DNA from: Mobula hypostoma
Lineage: Eukaryota
Direction: 5' to 3'
DNA length: 64,000 nucleotides
NCBI RefSeq assembly: GCF_963921235.1
Contig: NC_086097.1
Location: forward strand, 49,478,001 to 49,542,000
Position 1 is the first letter of the stretch; every line of letters starts with the position of its first letter. The notes beneath the pieces are model-generated. The model did not search any database and was not told the origin of the DNA. It saw only the letters and a program-made list of their open reading frames with translations. Both the position numbers and the translations under genes were made by a program. Below are positions 53,175 to 64,000 of the stretch, in pieces.

Positions 53175-53401
53175 AAATATTAGAGGGCGTAGCTTTAATA
53201 TGAGAGAAGGAATTTTTAAAGAAGGTATATGAGGCAAGTTTTTTGTAACACAGAAAGAAGCAGTTTTCTGAAATGTGTTGCCAAAGGATGTAGTGGAAGC
53301 AGATATGACAGCAGTGTTTCAAAGGCCTTTAGACATTCAAACAAGCAGGGAATGAAGGAATATAGATCATGTGCGGGCAAATGAGCAGTTTAATTTGGCA
53401 T

Positions 53402-54870
53402 CATGGAAATTGCTCGGGCCCTGGTAGAGATATTTAAATCATCCTTGGGGACAGGTGAAGTACCAGAGGATTGGAAGACAGACAAAGTTGTTCCATTGGT
53501 AAGAAAGGCTCTAAAAATGATAGGAAGTTATAGGCCAGTGAGTATGACATCTGTAGTGGGAAAGCTATTAGAAGTTGTTCTAAGGGACCAGATATATGAG
53601 TATTCATGTAGACATGGACAGGTTAGGGATAGTCAGCCTGGCATTGTACGTGGTATGTCATGTCTAACCAATCTTAGAGTTTTTCGAGGAAGTTACCAGG
53701 AAAATTGATAAAGGCAAGGCAGTGGATCTTGTCTACTTGGATTTAGCAAGGCATTTGACAAGGTCTGGCATGGGAGTTTGGTCAAGAAGGTTCAGTCACT
53801 CAGCATTCAAGGTGACGTAGTAATTTGGATTAGATGTTGGCTTAGTGGGAGAAGCCAGAGAGTGGTAGTCTCTCGGACTGGAGCACTATGACTAGAGATA
53901 TGCCACAGGGATCAGTGCTGAGTACATTGTGGTTTGTTTGTATCAGTGATCTGGATGATAATATGGTTAATTGGATCAACAAATTTGCAGATTGCACCAA
54001 GTTTGGGAGTGTAGTGGACAGCGAGGAAGATTATCTTGAGTCTGGACCAGTTGGATAAATGGGCTGAAAAAATGGCAGATGGAATTTAATGCAGATAAAA
54101 GTGAGGGGTTGTACTTAAGTAGAACCAACTGGTGTAGATCTTACACAGTGAACGCTCGGGCACTGAGGAGTACTGTAAAACAAAGGGATCTGAGAATACG
54201 GGTCCATAATTCATTGAAAGTGGCATCATAAATCAATAGGGCTATAAAGAAAGCTTTTGACACATTGGCCTTCATAGGTCAATGTATTGACTATAGGAGA
54301 TGGGAAGTTATGTTGAAGTTGTATAAGATGTTGGTGAGGCCTAATTTGGAGTATTGTGTGCTGTTTTGGTCACCTACCTACAGGAAAGAAGCAAATCAGT
54401 TTAAAAGAGTACAGAGAAAATTTACAAAGATGTTGCTGGGACTGGCGGACCTGAGCTATAAGGAAAGATTGAATAGGTTAGGACTTTATTGCTTGGAGCA
54501 TAGAAGATTGAAGGGAGATTTGATAGCGATATACAAAATTGAAAGGTATGATAGGGTAAATGCAAGCAGGCTTTTTCCACTGAGGTTGGGTGGGACTACA
54601 ACTAGAGGTCATGGGTTAAGGGTGAAAATTTTAAGAGGAACATGAGGGGAGACCTTTTCACTCAGAGGTTCATGAGAGCATGGAATGAGCTGCTAGCGCA
54701 AGTGATGCATGCACGCTTGATTTCAACATTTAAGAGAAGTTTGGATAGGTATGTGGATGGTAGTGTTATGGAGAACTATGGTCCTGGTGCAGGTTGATAG
54801 TAGGCAGTTTAAATGGTACAACGTGGACTAGATGGGCTGAAGATCCTGTTTCTGTGTTGTATTTTTCTCT
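53402..54870 (+). mobile_element. CR1 LINE RT fragment in ADSS1 intron 3
   Basis: TGEVPEDWK...SYRPVSMTSVVGKLLE; LYKMLVRPNLEYCVLFWSP. Confidence 0.9.
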
Positions 54871-56122
54871 GACTTTCTTTTAGCCTCCTGTACCATTCCA
54901 AAAATATCCAAAGCAAGCGCAAAGGACGCCACCGTCTCTTCTTACAGCACCTTTTACAGCTTTCAAGATTAATCATTAAATTCAATAGTGAATAAATATC
55001 AATTCCAATTTTATATTTCATATTTTTAGCAGTCACAACATTTCCCTACTCTAATAATTCATAGAGCATAAAACAGTACAACACAGGCCTTTTGGCCCAC
55101 GATGTCAAGCCAACCTTTTAACCTACACCAACATGAATCTAGCCCTTCCATCCTACATAGCACATCATTTTCTTTCATCCATGTACCTTACTAACAGTCA
55201 TTTAATGTTTCTAATGTATCAGCCTCTACCACCATCCCTTGGCAGTGCATTCCATGTACTTAACACACTCTGTGTTTTAAAAAAAAAACTACCTTTGACA
55301 TTCCCCCTTCCCCCTTTACATTCCTCCAATCACCTTTAAACTATGACCCCTTGTATTAGCTATTACCATCCTGGGTACAAGATTCTGGCTGTTCACTCTA
55401 TCTATTTTTGCACCTTGATCTAATTTAATGCTTGATGCAAGTGTAAAAGGATTACAAAGCATCATTCCGACCCCTTCCTGATACCACACTTATGTAGACT
55501 TTGCAGTCTACATAACTTTACTAAAAGGATTCCAATGAGCAGGAACTTTAATTATGCTATGGTTGTTCTCTTTGGAACAGAGGGATTGCAAGGAGATCTC
55601 ATGGAAGTGTTTAAAATTGTGAAGGGTATAAATGGAGTAGGTAGAGAAAAACTGTTCCCATTAATGGAGGACTCATGAACCAGAGGACAAAGATTGAAGA
55701 TGATCTGCAGAAGATCCAAAACTGATGAGATTAAAGTCTGGGATAAGTGGCTAGGAGAGTTGTGAAGGCAGATTCAATTGTAATTATCTGAAAGGAATGA
55801 ATTTGCAGACATTTGGGGAGAGAGCAGGGGAGTACGCTTGGTTTGATTATTCTAGTGCCAATATAGATTTGTGAGTCAAATGGCATCCCACATGCTATAA
55901 CCATCCTGTGATTCTTTAAACGTGTCATGAAACTTGTGGGTCAGCTCCCACACAACTGGCTTTATTTTAGTCTAGTAGAACTCTGCTGGGAAAAAAATTA
56001 TTGACCTATGTCTTAAATGTCTTTTTGGGTTTATTCTTGTCACATGTACTGAGATACAATAGAAAGCTTTTGTCTTATGTGTCATCCAGACAGATCATGC
56101 CAAACATTGTTTCATTATAGTA

Positions 56123-56647
56123 CAGGTGTCCCTCGCTTTATGAAGGTTTGCTTTACGCCAGTTCGCTTTTACGAAAGACCTGCATTAGTACTTGTTTTCA
56201 CTAACCAAAAGAAATCCGAAGAGGATTTTCGCTTTTATGAAAGAAGGCGCCCGCTTTAAACTTGTGTTTACCCTGAGAAAGACTACCATGACCATGAAGC
56301 CTTGCACGGGCAGGTGTGTGTGCATGCGTGTACGTGCCGATTTTTTTCTACAAATCAGTTTTGGCTAAATCTTCCTGATTCTGTTAAGTGAAACTACACT
56401 ATACATATGTTATTTCTACTTTATATAGGCTGTGTATTTATCATATCATTCCTGCTTTTACTATATGTTAGTGTTATTTTAGGTTTTATGTGCTGTTTGG
56501 TATGATTTGGTAGTTTTTTTTTGGGTCTGGGAACGCTGAAAAATTTTTCCCATATAATTAATGGTAATTGCTTCTTCACTTTCCGCCATTTCGGCTTATG
56601 AAAGGTTTCATTGGAACGCTCTACTTTCGGATAGCGGTGGAAACCTG
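56123..56647. mobile_element. Tc1/mariner (Tigger-like) non-autonomous element
   Basis: TA-CAGGTGTCCCTCGCT ... AGCGGTGGAAACCTG-TA imperfect TIRs with TA TSD. Confidence 0.75.
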
Positions 56648-56811
56648 TAGTAAAGAGAAAACAGAGTTACGGCTACAGAGAAAGGCCAGCAGTGGTAGAC
56701 CAAAAAAAAGCGTAAGGGCTATGGTGAAGCAAGAATTCATCCTTTAGCATATGAATGATGTTTTAAATTCTGCATTTATCTCCTTTCTTCAAATGCATTT
56801 TTTTTTAGCAG

Positions 56812-56862
56812 GCTTAAAAGAATGGGAGAAGAGACTCGTTGTTTCAGACAGAGCACATTTAG
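56812..56862 (+). CDS. ADSS1: ADSS1 coding exon 4 (51 bp)
   Basis: poly-T tagcag|(G)LKEWEKRLVVSDRAHL-(V)|gtaagt. Confidence 0.96.
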
Positions 56863-56978
56863 GTAAGTTAATTTAAAGCTTCTCAGCAACATTTCAAAGG
56901 TGTAAAACTTCAAATATCGTGCCGACAATGCTTTAATGTTTTCTCTCAGACCTAGAAAACAGAAAATATACCTATTGA

Positions 56979-57092
<114 letters not shown>

Positions 57093-57295
57093 TAAAAAGT
57101 GTCTCAGTGTTAAATGTGTGCTGCAACAGAATATTAGATCTTAGCACATGTTAATAACTCAGTCAATGAGTACTGCTAAACTCCACTTACTTTGTAGAGT
57201 TGCTTCTGATTGTAAAAGTATGACTGTCGGCATCTAATAATTCTGATGTATGAAATACTAAGAATCCCTTTGAAGGTCTGTTTTCATTGTTACAT

Positions 57296-57490
57296 GGCTG
57301 ATTTCAGTACCAAGTAACAACAGAGAAACTGAATTAAACATCAAAATTTAAATGGAATAACCCGCTATAACAATTCAGCATGGTAGTGATGATTGTGCTG
57401 TATGTTTGTATTGTGTGTTGACGAAGTTGGAAGAAATACCCAGAATCAGTTGAATGAATGTAAGTATCTCCTGTGTAGCTACGTGAAAAT
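57296..57490 (+). repeat. Diverged local duplicate of the ADSS1 exon 6 3' end and start of intron 6
   Basis: Colinear with 58062-58253 (TTAAACATCA.AATTTAAATGGAATAACC; CATGGTAGTGATG.TTGTGCTG.ATGT.TGTATTGTGTGTTGAC). Confidence 0.85.
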
Positions 57491-57980
57491 GCCTCCAATT
57501 AGTTAACCCCTTCACCCCTACTGGGGCATAGGCTGCTGACAGCAGCTCGCCAGAGTCCTTTACCCTGAGCCAGTCTTACAGCTAAATTTTCAAATAGTGG
57601 TCACAAATGCTGTTTATAATGAGTCTGTTTTTAGGTCAGATGTAGATAGACTCATTTTTAGGTACACTGTGAGGCTAACCAATATCAGTGAAAATCTGCT
57701 AACCCTGACTAACAAAGTTGAAAACATATCCTTAAGTTAACTTCAGAAATTAAATATCATATTAGAACAACTTTTGTCGGAAAGGGAGTGGATCATAATG
57801 CAGAATAAATTGAAATGATGTATTCTATTTGCCACAATCTTGAAAAAAACTTTTTTTTAATCATTGTCTTGTACAACCAACTAACATAAATAGATAACTG
57901 TGGTTGCACTTTTGTTATGTAAAATATAAAGGAGACTTCTTGTACACAGTACAGTGAAGAATTATATGTTGTTCTTCTAG

Positions 57981-58088
57981 TATTGGCACAACAAAGAAAG
58001 GAATAGGACCAACATATTCTTCAAAAGCAGCTCGAACTGGTCTTCGTGTCTGTGACCTTTTGGCTGACTTCAATGACTTCAGTGCCAG
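57981..58088 (+). CDS. ADSS1: ADSS1 coding exon 6 (108 bp)
   Basis: ttctag|(N)[35 protein letters not shown](R)|gtaacc; IMP-binding GTTKKGIGP motif. Confidence 0.97.
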
Positions 58089-58752
58089 GTAACCAAAACT
58101 GTGGTTAAACATCAGAATTTAAATGGAATAACCGATTATAACATGGTAGTGATGGTTGTGCTGCATGTCTGTATTGTGTGTTGACCAAATTAGAAGAAAT
58201 ACCAATTAACAGTAGAATGTTAGTAAGCAACTCCCATGTAGCTACTTGGAAATAGGTTTTGTAATAATGTTTGATATTGGCTAAGCATTGCTAAATTTGA
58301 TAAAGGAGGAGAAAAATAGATTTAAAGCAGAAAATTGGCGCAAAACAAATAATAGATACTTTTAGTGCTGATTTAACAAAAACCTACTGAACTTACTTGT
58401 TATAAATTCTGTCTAAGTGTGATTTAGTCAATGCAAAAGTTGATATTTTATTTCAAAAACTTACTTGTATTTCAAAAAATGTTTGTCTGAAATGACAATA
58501 TTATGCTTATAAGGACAATTAATGCTGACCATTACTAAATGCAGATAATTTTTAACTCTATTCTGATCAATGAAGGCTGACAGCAGTGGGGCATTGAGTT
58601 AAACTTTGAACTTGCACATGATGATCAAGTACATAAAATTATGAAAGGCATTTATAGATGAGACAATAAGACACTTTTCTCCATAGCAGAGTAGTCTGGA
58701 ACTAGAGGGCTTAAGATTAGAGAAGATCGCGGCAAAATTGTTTCACCTAGAG

Positions 58753-58804
58753 CAAGGATTCCCAACCTGGGGTCCGTGGCTTAAAAAAAGGTTGTGAACC
58801 TCTG
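58753..58804. mobile_element. 52-bp hAT/Charlie micro-MITE
   Basis: CAAGGATTCCCAACCT...AGGTTGTGAACCTCTG; 8-bp TSD ACCTAGAG / ACCTACAG. Confidence 0.7.
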
Positions 58805-59598
58805 ACCTACAGGGTTATTAGAATCCGGGATGCATTAACTGCCAGAGATTCTCATGACATTAAAGAAGTATTTGAATGATTCAAAGTCAAAGTACATTTA
58901 TTATCAAAGTATGTATACAATATGCAACCCTAATGCGAGATTCATCATCCCACAGACAGCCATGAAACAAAGAAATACCATGGAACCCATTCAAAGAAAA
59001 TATCAAGTACCCAGCGCACAAAAAAGAACAAATAGTGCAAATGGCAAAAAAAAATGAGTGAAAAACACAGAATATAAAACATCAAACTATAGAGTCATTG
59101 AAACAGTCTAGGAACGTTAAGTTTAGTTCAGTTCAGTTTAATGAACTGAATGAATATGTAAATCACCAAAGGGTAGTGCTGTTAGATATTATTAGTATCG
59201 ATGGATGTTCGATAATTGAATGTGAACTGAACAGTCTCTTTCTGTGCTGTATGCTTTTTTGTCTCTAGGGTCATGGTAGCCGTCATTTAAACTCTAAATA
59301 TAATTTATGTGTTAGGAGTTTCTGCTGGAAACCAGGTACGTCATGAATCCCGTAATTAGCCTGACAATTTAATTATAGCTTTGCCATTTCTTTAATTAGT
59401 GGATGGAATCTTTGATCAGAGGCCAGACAATCACTGAGCTGAGCAGGTTGTGTGTCAATAGAGTAATGTTGGATTATGCTAGCACGGAACAAGCAAACAC
59501 AGAACAGGCTGAACCACCATCTTCTGTGCTGAAATATCAAGTACAAAAGGAAAGGATACAAACAAAGATGTTTTATATAATTTTTCTATCTCTGACAG

Positions 59599-59680
59599 AT
59601 TTAAACTTCTGGCACAACAATATCAGTCCATGTTCCCAAGTCTGAAAATTGATGTTGAAGGACAGCTAAAAAAGTTAAAG
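59599..59680 (+). CDS. ADSS1: ADSS1 coding exon 7 (82 bp); gene continues beyond the window
   Basis: tgacag|(R)[27 protein letters not shown]|gtaaaa. Exons 1-7 sum to 648 nt (216 codons) with no stop. The next exon (GFAERIRPM-like) was not found before 64000. Confidence 0.96.
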
Positions 59681-60597
59681 GTAAAAGCATGAGGGGATGT
59701 TCCTAACTAAAAGTATTTATTGTTATGTTAATCAAACTGAATCTGAAAATACACCTGGACTATATCATGGCATCATGCATTTACTTCTCATAACAGAGTA
59801 TATGCTATAACCTTGACAGTAACCTTCTGTTGGAATGATTCAAAACTAATCTTTCCACAAGATTATATTCTACCTTCTACAATAATTCTTCATTTTCATA
59901 TTCATTTCTGTAATATGACAAGAACATAAGCAAGTTAGAAGGTACCGTAATGTGATATACTATACTGTAAAGATACTGCAAATGCTGTAATCTGGAATAA
60001 AAACAAACTACTGAAAGAACTCAGTGGTTCAGGCAACTTTAGTGCAGGCAGAGAAGTTGATATTTCAGGTTGAGACCCTGCATCAGTATCTCTCTATCTC
60101 TGCCTCTGATACTGTCTCTCACCTCCCTCTATTAAGCCCACTATCCATCTATTCTAGATTTCACTTCTGCAGTGACAGGAACTTGTAGAGGGAAGGGCTT
60201 TGTGTCATTACTCTCGTGAAAAGCTCCCTTTACTGCATAAAGCACTGGGACTTCATATTTGCAAGAATATCACCGACAAAAGGCTCCACACAAAACTACC
60301 AAGGCTGCCATGCCGCCATCATAAACACTGAGTTACTGTTTGCTGAGAATATTCTCCTTTAAGTAAACATTGAAAAGCCATAGAATCATAGGGCACTACT
60401 GTACAGAAATAGGCTCCTCAGTCCACCTACTATGTGCCAAGGGTAGTGTGGGTACGGAACGAGCTGTCGGCAGAAGTGGTAGATGCAGGTTTGATTTCAA
60501 CATTTAAGATACGTTTGGATAAGTACATGGATGGGAGGAGCCCATAACATGCTTCTGGAAATACAATGGACATCACCAATAAACATTTTTGGGTGCC

Positions 60598-60895
60598 ATA
60601 TAGAGTAGTGGTTCGTGCAATGCTATTACAGCTCAGAGTGTCAGAGTACGGATTTCAATTCCTGCTTCATCTGTAAGGTGTTTGTACATCCTCCCCATGA
60701 ATACATGGGTTTCTTTTGGGTGCTCCAGTTTCCTCCCACATTTCTAAAGATGTACTGGTTAGTGGATTAATTGGTCATTGTAAATTGTCCTGTGATTAGT
60801 CTAGCGTTAAATCAATGGGTTGATGGTCCAGGCGGCTTGTTGAGCCTGAAGGGTCTGTTCCACTTTGTATCTCTAAATATGATAAACAAATAATA
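60598..60895 (+). mobile_element. V-SINE (HE1-like)
   Basis: tRNA-like head then V-domain GGGTTTCTTTTGGGTGCTCCAGTTTCCTCCCACA; A-rich tail. Confidence 0.75.
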
Positions 60896-62019
60896 AATAT
60901 ATCCCTTATACCAATAATACCTCCTCAAAAGATTCAACTGGTTTGGTCAGAAATGAACAATCCTTCAAAAACTTGGATTTAGGAACAACAATCATAATCT
61001 TCAGACAGAAAAGTTTTAATCAACATGTCCTACTCTTAGAGATGTTAAAAATGTAAAGATCAAGCAGAAACAATGCATATTCCTTTTATTAAAATTCATT
61101 CTCCAGCTAAAGTCTCTGCTGGCTTTCCTCAGTTGACCTGAGATTGTGTAGTTCTTCCATTTGAAGAGTTACCATCTAATTTTAGTTGCGATAAGATAAA
61201 TATCCTGATAATCTGCTTCAGAAGGCAGTGAAATGTGACCACATGACATTGGACAGAAGTTAAATACTGTAAGGAACTCGAATGAATGCTGAATTCTCTA
61301 CCTTACAACATACGTGTTGTGTCTTTCACCAATCTAGCAATGTCATGATCACAATGATACCAAGCTTTGTTTAAAATAGATTTTTCCACAACAGAGTTCA
61401 AACTTGCCCACTGTTGAGATCTTAATTTAAGTTTACTGGATTAATAGCCAGAGGAGGTTACTAGTCCTGTAAATCTATTTTCTTCAGTTTTGCCACCTGA
61501 AAATTCCTGTTTCTTATAATTATATAGAAACATGATACTGTGATAGTGAAGAATGAGAAAGGATTCAAGACACATCTTGTTTCCCTTTTTCCTTGTCTCT
61601 ACCCAATGTAAAACAAATACCTGAAGCAACCTCAGAAGGGGTTGCTAGCAAATTCTCAACTTCCATGTAGTGGGTATATGAAATGTCTTGCTTGGGCTTG
61701 AGGCTCTGAAGCTGCTATTTTTAGGCTGTAGGCATGACTGCAAATCTTGCAATCAGAACAGTTCATTGAAGTATCCTTCCACTGAATTTATATTATATTG
61801 GAGACCACCAGGACTATTTTAATGATCTGGATTTTCAAACAGGGTGCACACTAAATGTTCTTTACATGAGATGCATTCCCATACACTATAATTTAGCACA
61901 TCCAACCGTTGTATAGTTAAAGCAGCAAATGTGGTGGTTAGCATGAAATTATTAAGGCAACACACACAAAAAATGCTGGTGAATGCAGCAGGCCAAGCAG
62001 CATCTATAAGAAGAGGTAC

Positions 62020-62055
62020 AGTCGACATTTCAGGCCGAGACCCTTCGTCAGGACT
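62020..62055 (-). ncRNA. Minimal hammerhead motif, antisense copy (C>T in helix III)
   Basis: Minus strand AGTC-CTGACGA-A-GGGT(CTCG)GCCT-GAAA-TG-TC-GACT. Confidence 0.65.
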
Positions 62056-62405
62056 AACTGAAAGAAGAGATAGTAAGAGGCATGAACATTGACTTCTCTA
62101 AGTTCTGTTAATACCCCACCTCCCCTTCGTACCCCATCCCTTATTTATTTATTTTTTATTTTTTTTTTTCTCTCACTCTGTCCCTCTCACTATGCTCCTT
62201 GCCCATCCTCTGGGCTCCCCTCCCCCTTTCTTTCTCCCTAGGCCTCCCGTCCCATGATCCTCTCCCTTCTCCAGCCTCGTATCCCTTTTGCCAATCAACT
62301 TTCCAGCTCTTAGCTCCATCCGTCCCCCTCCTGTATTCTCCCATCATTTCGGATCTCCCCCTCCCCCTCCAACCTTCAAATCTCTTACTATCTGTTCTTT
62401 CAGTT

Positions 62406-62441
62406 AGTCCTGACGAAGGGTCTCGGCCCGAAACGTCGACT
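62406..62441 (+). ncRNA. Minimal type I hammerhead ribozyme motif
   Basis: AGTC-CTGACGA-A-GGGT(CTCG)GCCC-GAAA-CG-TC^GACT; predicted cleavage after C62437. Confidence 0.82.
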
Positions 62442-64000
62442 GTAGCTCTTCCTATAGATGCTGCCTGGCCTGCTGCATTCACCAGCATTTTTTGTGCGTG
62501 TTGCTTGAATTTCCAGCATCTGCAGATTTCCTCGTGTTTGCACTATGAAATTATTAATTTGAGTTTAGCTTCTAACTGAATGTATTGACACAATGGAAAT
62601 GGTACTGGGTGTTACAGGATATAGGAGTATTAAACCCTGTGCCCATAATATTGTATCTGAATTTAATATTGTAAATGCACCAGGCATTTACCTTGCCTAT
62701 ATAATTACTGTGACCTTGTGCACAAGGCATTAAGGCCCGCCAAGCCAGAACTATAAAGCTCCTCAAACAATTACATTGAAATGTTGATAAACTGGACAGA
62801 TTCTGAAACAATGTGTGCCAGTGGAAATAGTAAATTCAATGTCATATTAAGTTAGGAAGTGTGGAAAAGAAAGACTGGTTAAAACAGAGAGGAATACAGT
62901 GACGGTAAAAAGAGACCTAAGGAAAAATAACTGCTAAAATATGAAGGAAAGAGACTCCAGGTTTATCAAAAACAATTTTCATTGCTAGAAGGTATGGTTA
63001 ATATCGCTGGAGTATGTGAATGCAGTGGGTGGAGGGGGGTCCATGCAGTGAATATGGTTTTCAAGTTAATAAGGAAGAATAGAGCATCTGGGATAAGAGA
63101 CTCCACTTATCATATTAAACCATCACCTTCACTCGAATGAAATTGCTGTATGATGAATGACGGGAGGCACTGTTGGCCTCTTATTTAGTAGTAAATTCTG
63201 ACCATTCAGACGGCATCTAATTACATGCATGTGTGATTTTTACCAGTAATTCTCAAGCCAATCTATAGTCCTGTAGAGTGTGAAGGAAATGATATGAGGA
63301 ATGAGAAGGTTCTTCTAGGTCAGCAGTATATCTAACTGACACTGCAAATAATGTGGTTCATTTCATTAAGTTAGTGTTCCTTGCTGCAAGAAGACCTACT
63401 GTATGGTGTTTGAGTAGCAGTGGATTGTTACCTTTCCCTGCAGCTACATGGCCACTTTCAGAACAGGGTCATTTGTTAATAATAAATATTAATGAACATC
63501 ACACATTTTGCAAACTTTGCATGGTACTTCTTTGTGCATGATACAGCTATCCTTCACACAACTTTAAGCACATAAGGCTGGCTCAGTCCTGATGTAATAT
63601 TTAGTTGATTGTCTCCCACATGAAATTATGTTCCAGTTGTGTAATTAAAATGCAGTTTGAGGTCACATGACAGAATGCATGCCTTTACATAGAGATAGGG
63701 ACCTGCCCTGCACCTGAACTGGTTAAAGAGATCTTAGGCAATTTGCATTTTGCTGCCCTTCAGTCAAGAGGCCCAGTCAGTGCTGCTGGAACTCATCTTC
63801 TACTGCTGGTGAGTGTTGAGCTTCACAGTGGCTGTCTCAGTGGTGGTTAATGGGTGCTCTGGTATGGTTTCTGCTGTTCCTATGGCATGATCAGTCGTCA
63901 GAGCACAAGGATGACTCACCAGAAGAACCCAAAAAAGAAGAGTGCCTATTGCCAGAAGAGCCTAAATGACACAAGGTCTACAGGGAGCAATCTTCTACAG

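Larger units (their letters stand above)
61956..62544 (+). mobile_element. Penelope-like insertion with inverted terminal repeat in ADSS1 intron 7
   Basis: 13-bp TSD ATGAAATTATTAA (61943-61955 / 62545-62557); 61957-62079 is an inverted copy of ~62383-62504; body starts at the GMNIDF end of the ORF. Confidence 0.92.

Overview
Eukaryotic (vertebrate) genomic DNA; the repeat inventory (CR1 LINEs with (TTTCTATG)n tails, Rex1-type LINEs, V-SINE, Penelope-like elements) suggests a cartilaginous fish, probably a ray (inference). The only host gene I can support is the 5' half of ADSS1 (muscle-type adenylosuccinate synthetase): 7 coding exons on + between 35.8 and 59.7 kb with a CpG-rich promoter, continuing beyond the window. 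The rest is a nested transposon landscape: a decayed chromodomain (sushi-type) Gypsy, a full-length Gypsy with PNMA-like Gag (2 LTRs, TSD, PBS, PPT), a Sleeping Beauty-like Tc1 element, Harbinger/Tigger/hAT MITEs, and many Penelope-like insertions. The most striking non-coding signal is a set of minimal hammerhead ribozyme motifs in the Penelope termini, two intact and sense-oriented inside ADSS1 introns. The Penelope copies also share a stereotyped structure of 10-14 bp target duplication plus 5' inversion. A decayed partial copy of exon 6 and its donor lies in intron 5. Family assignments come from recalled motifs, not database searches.
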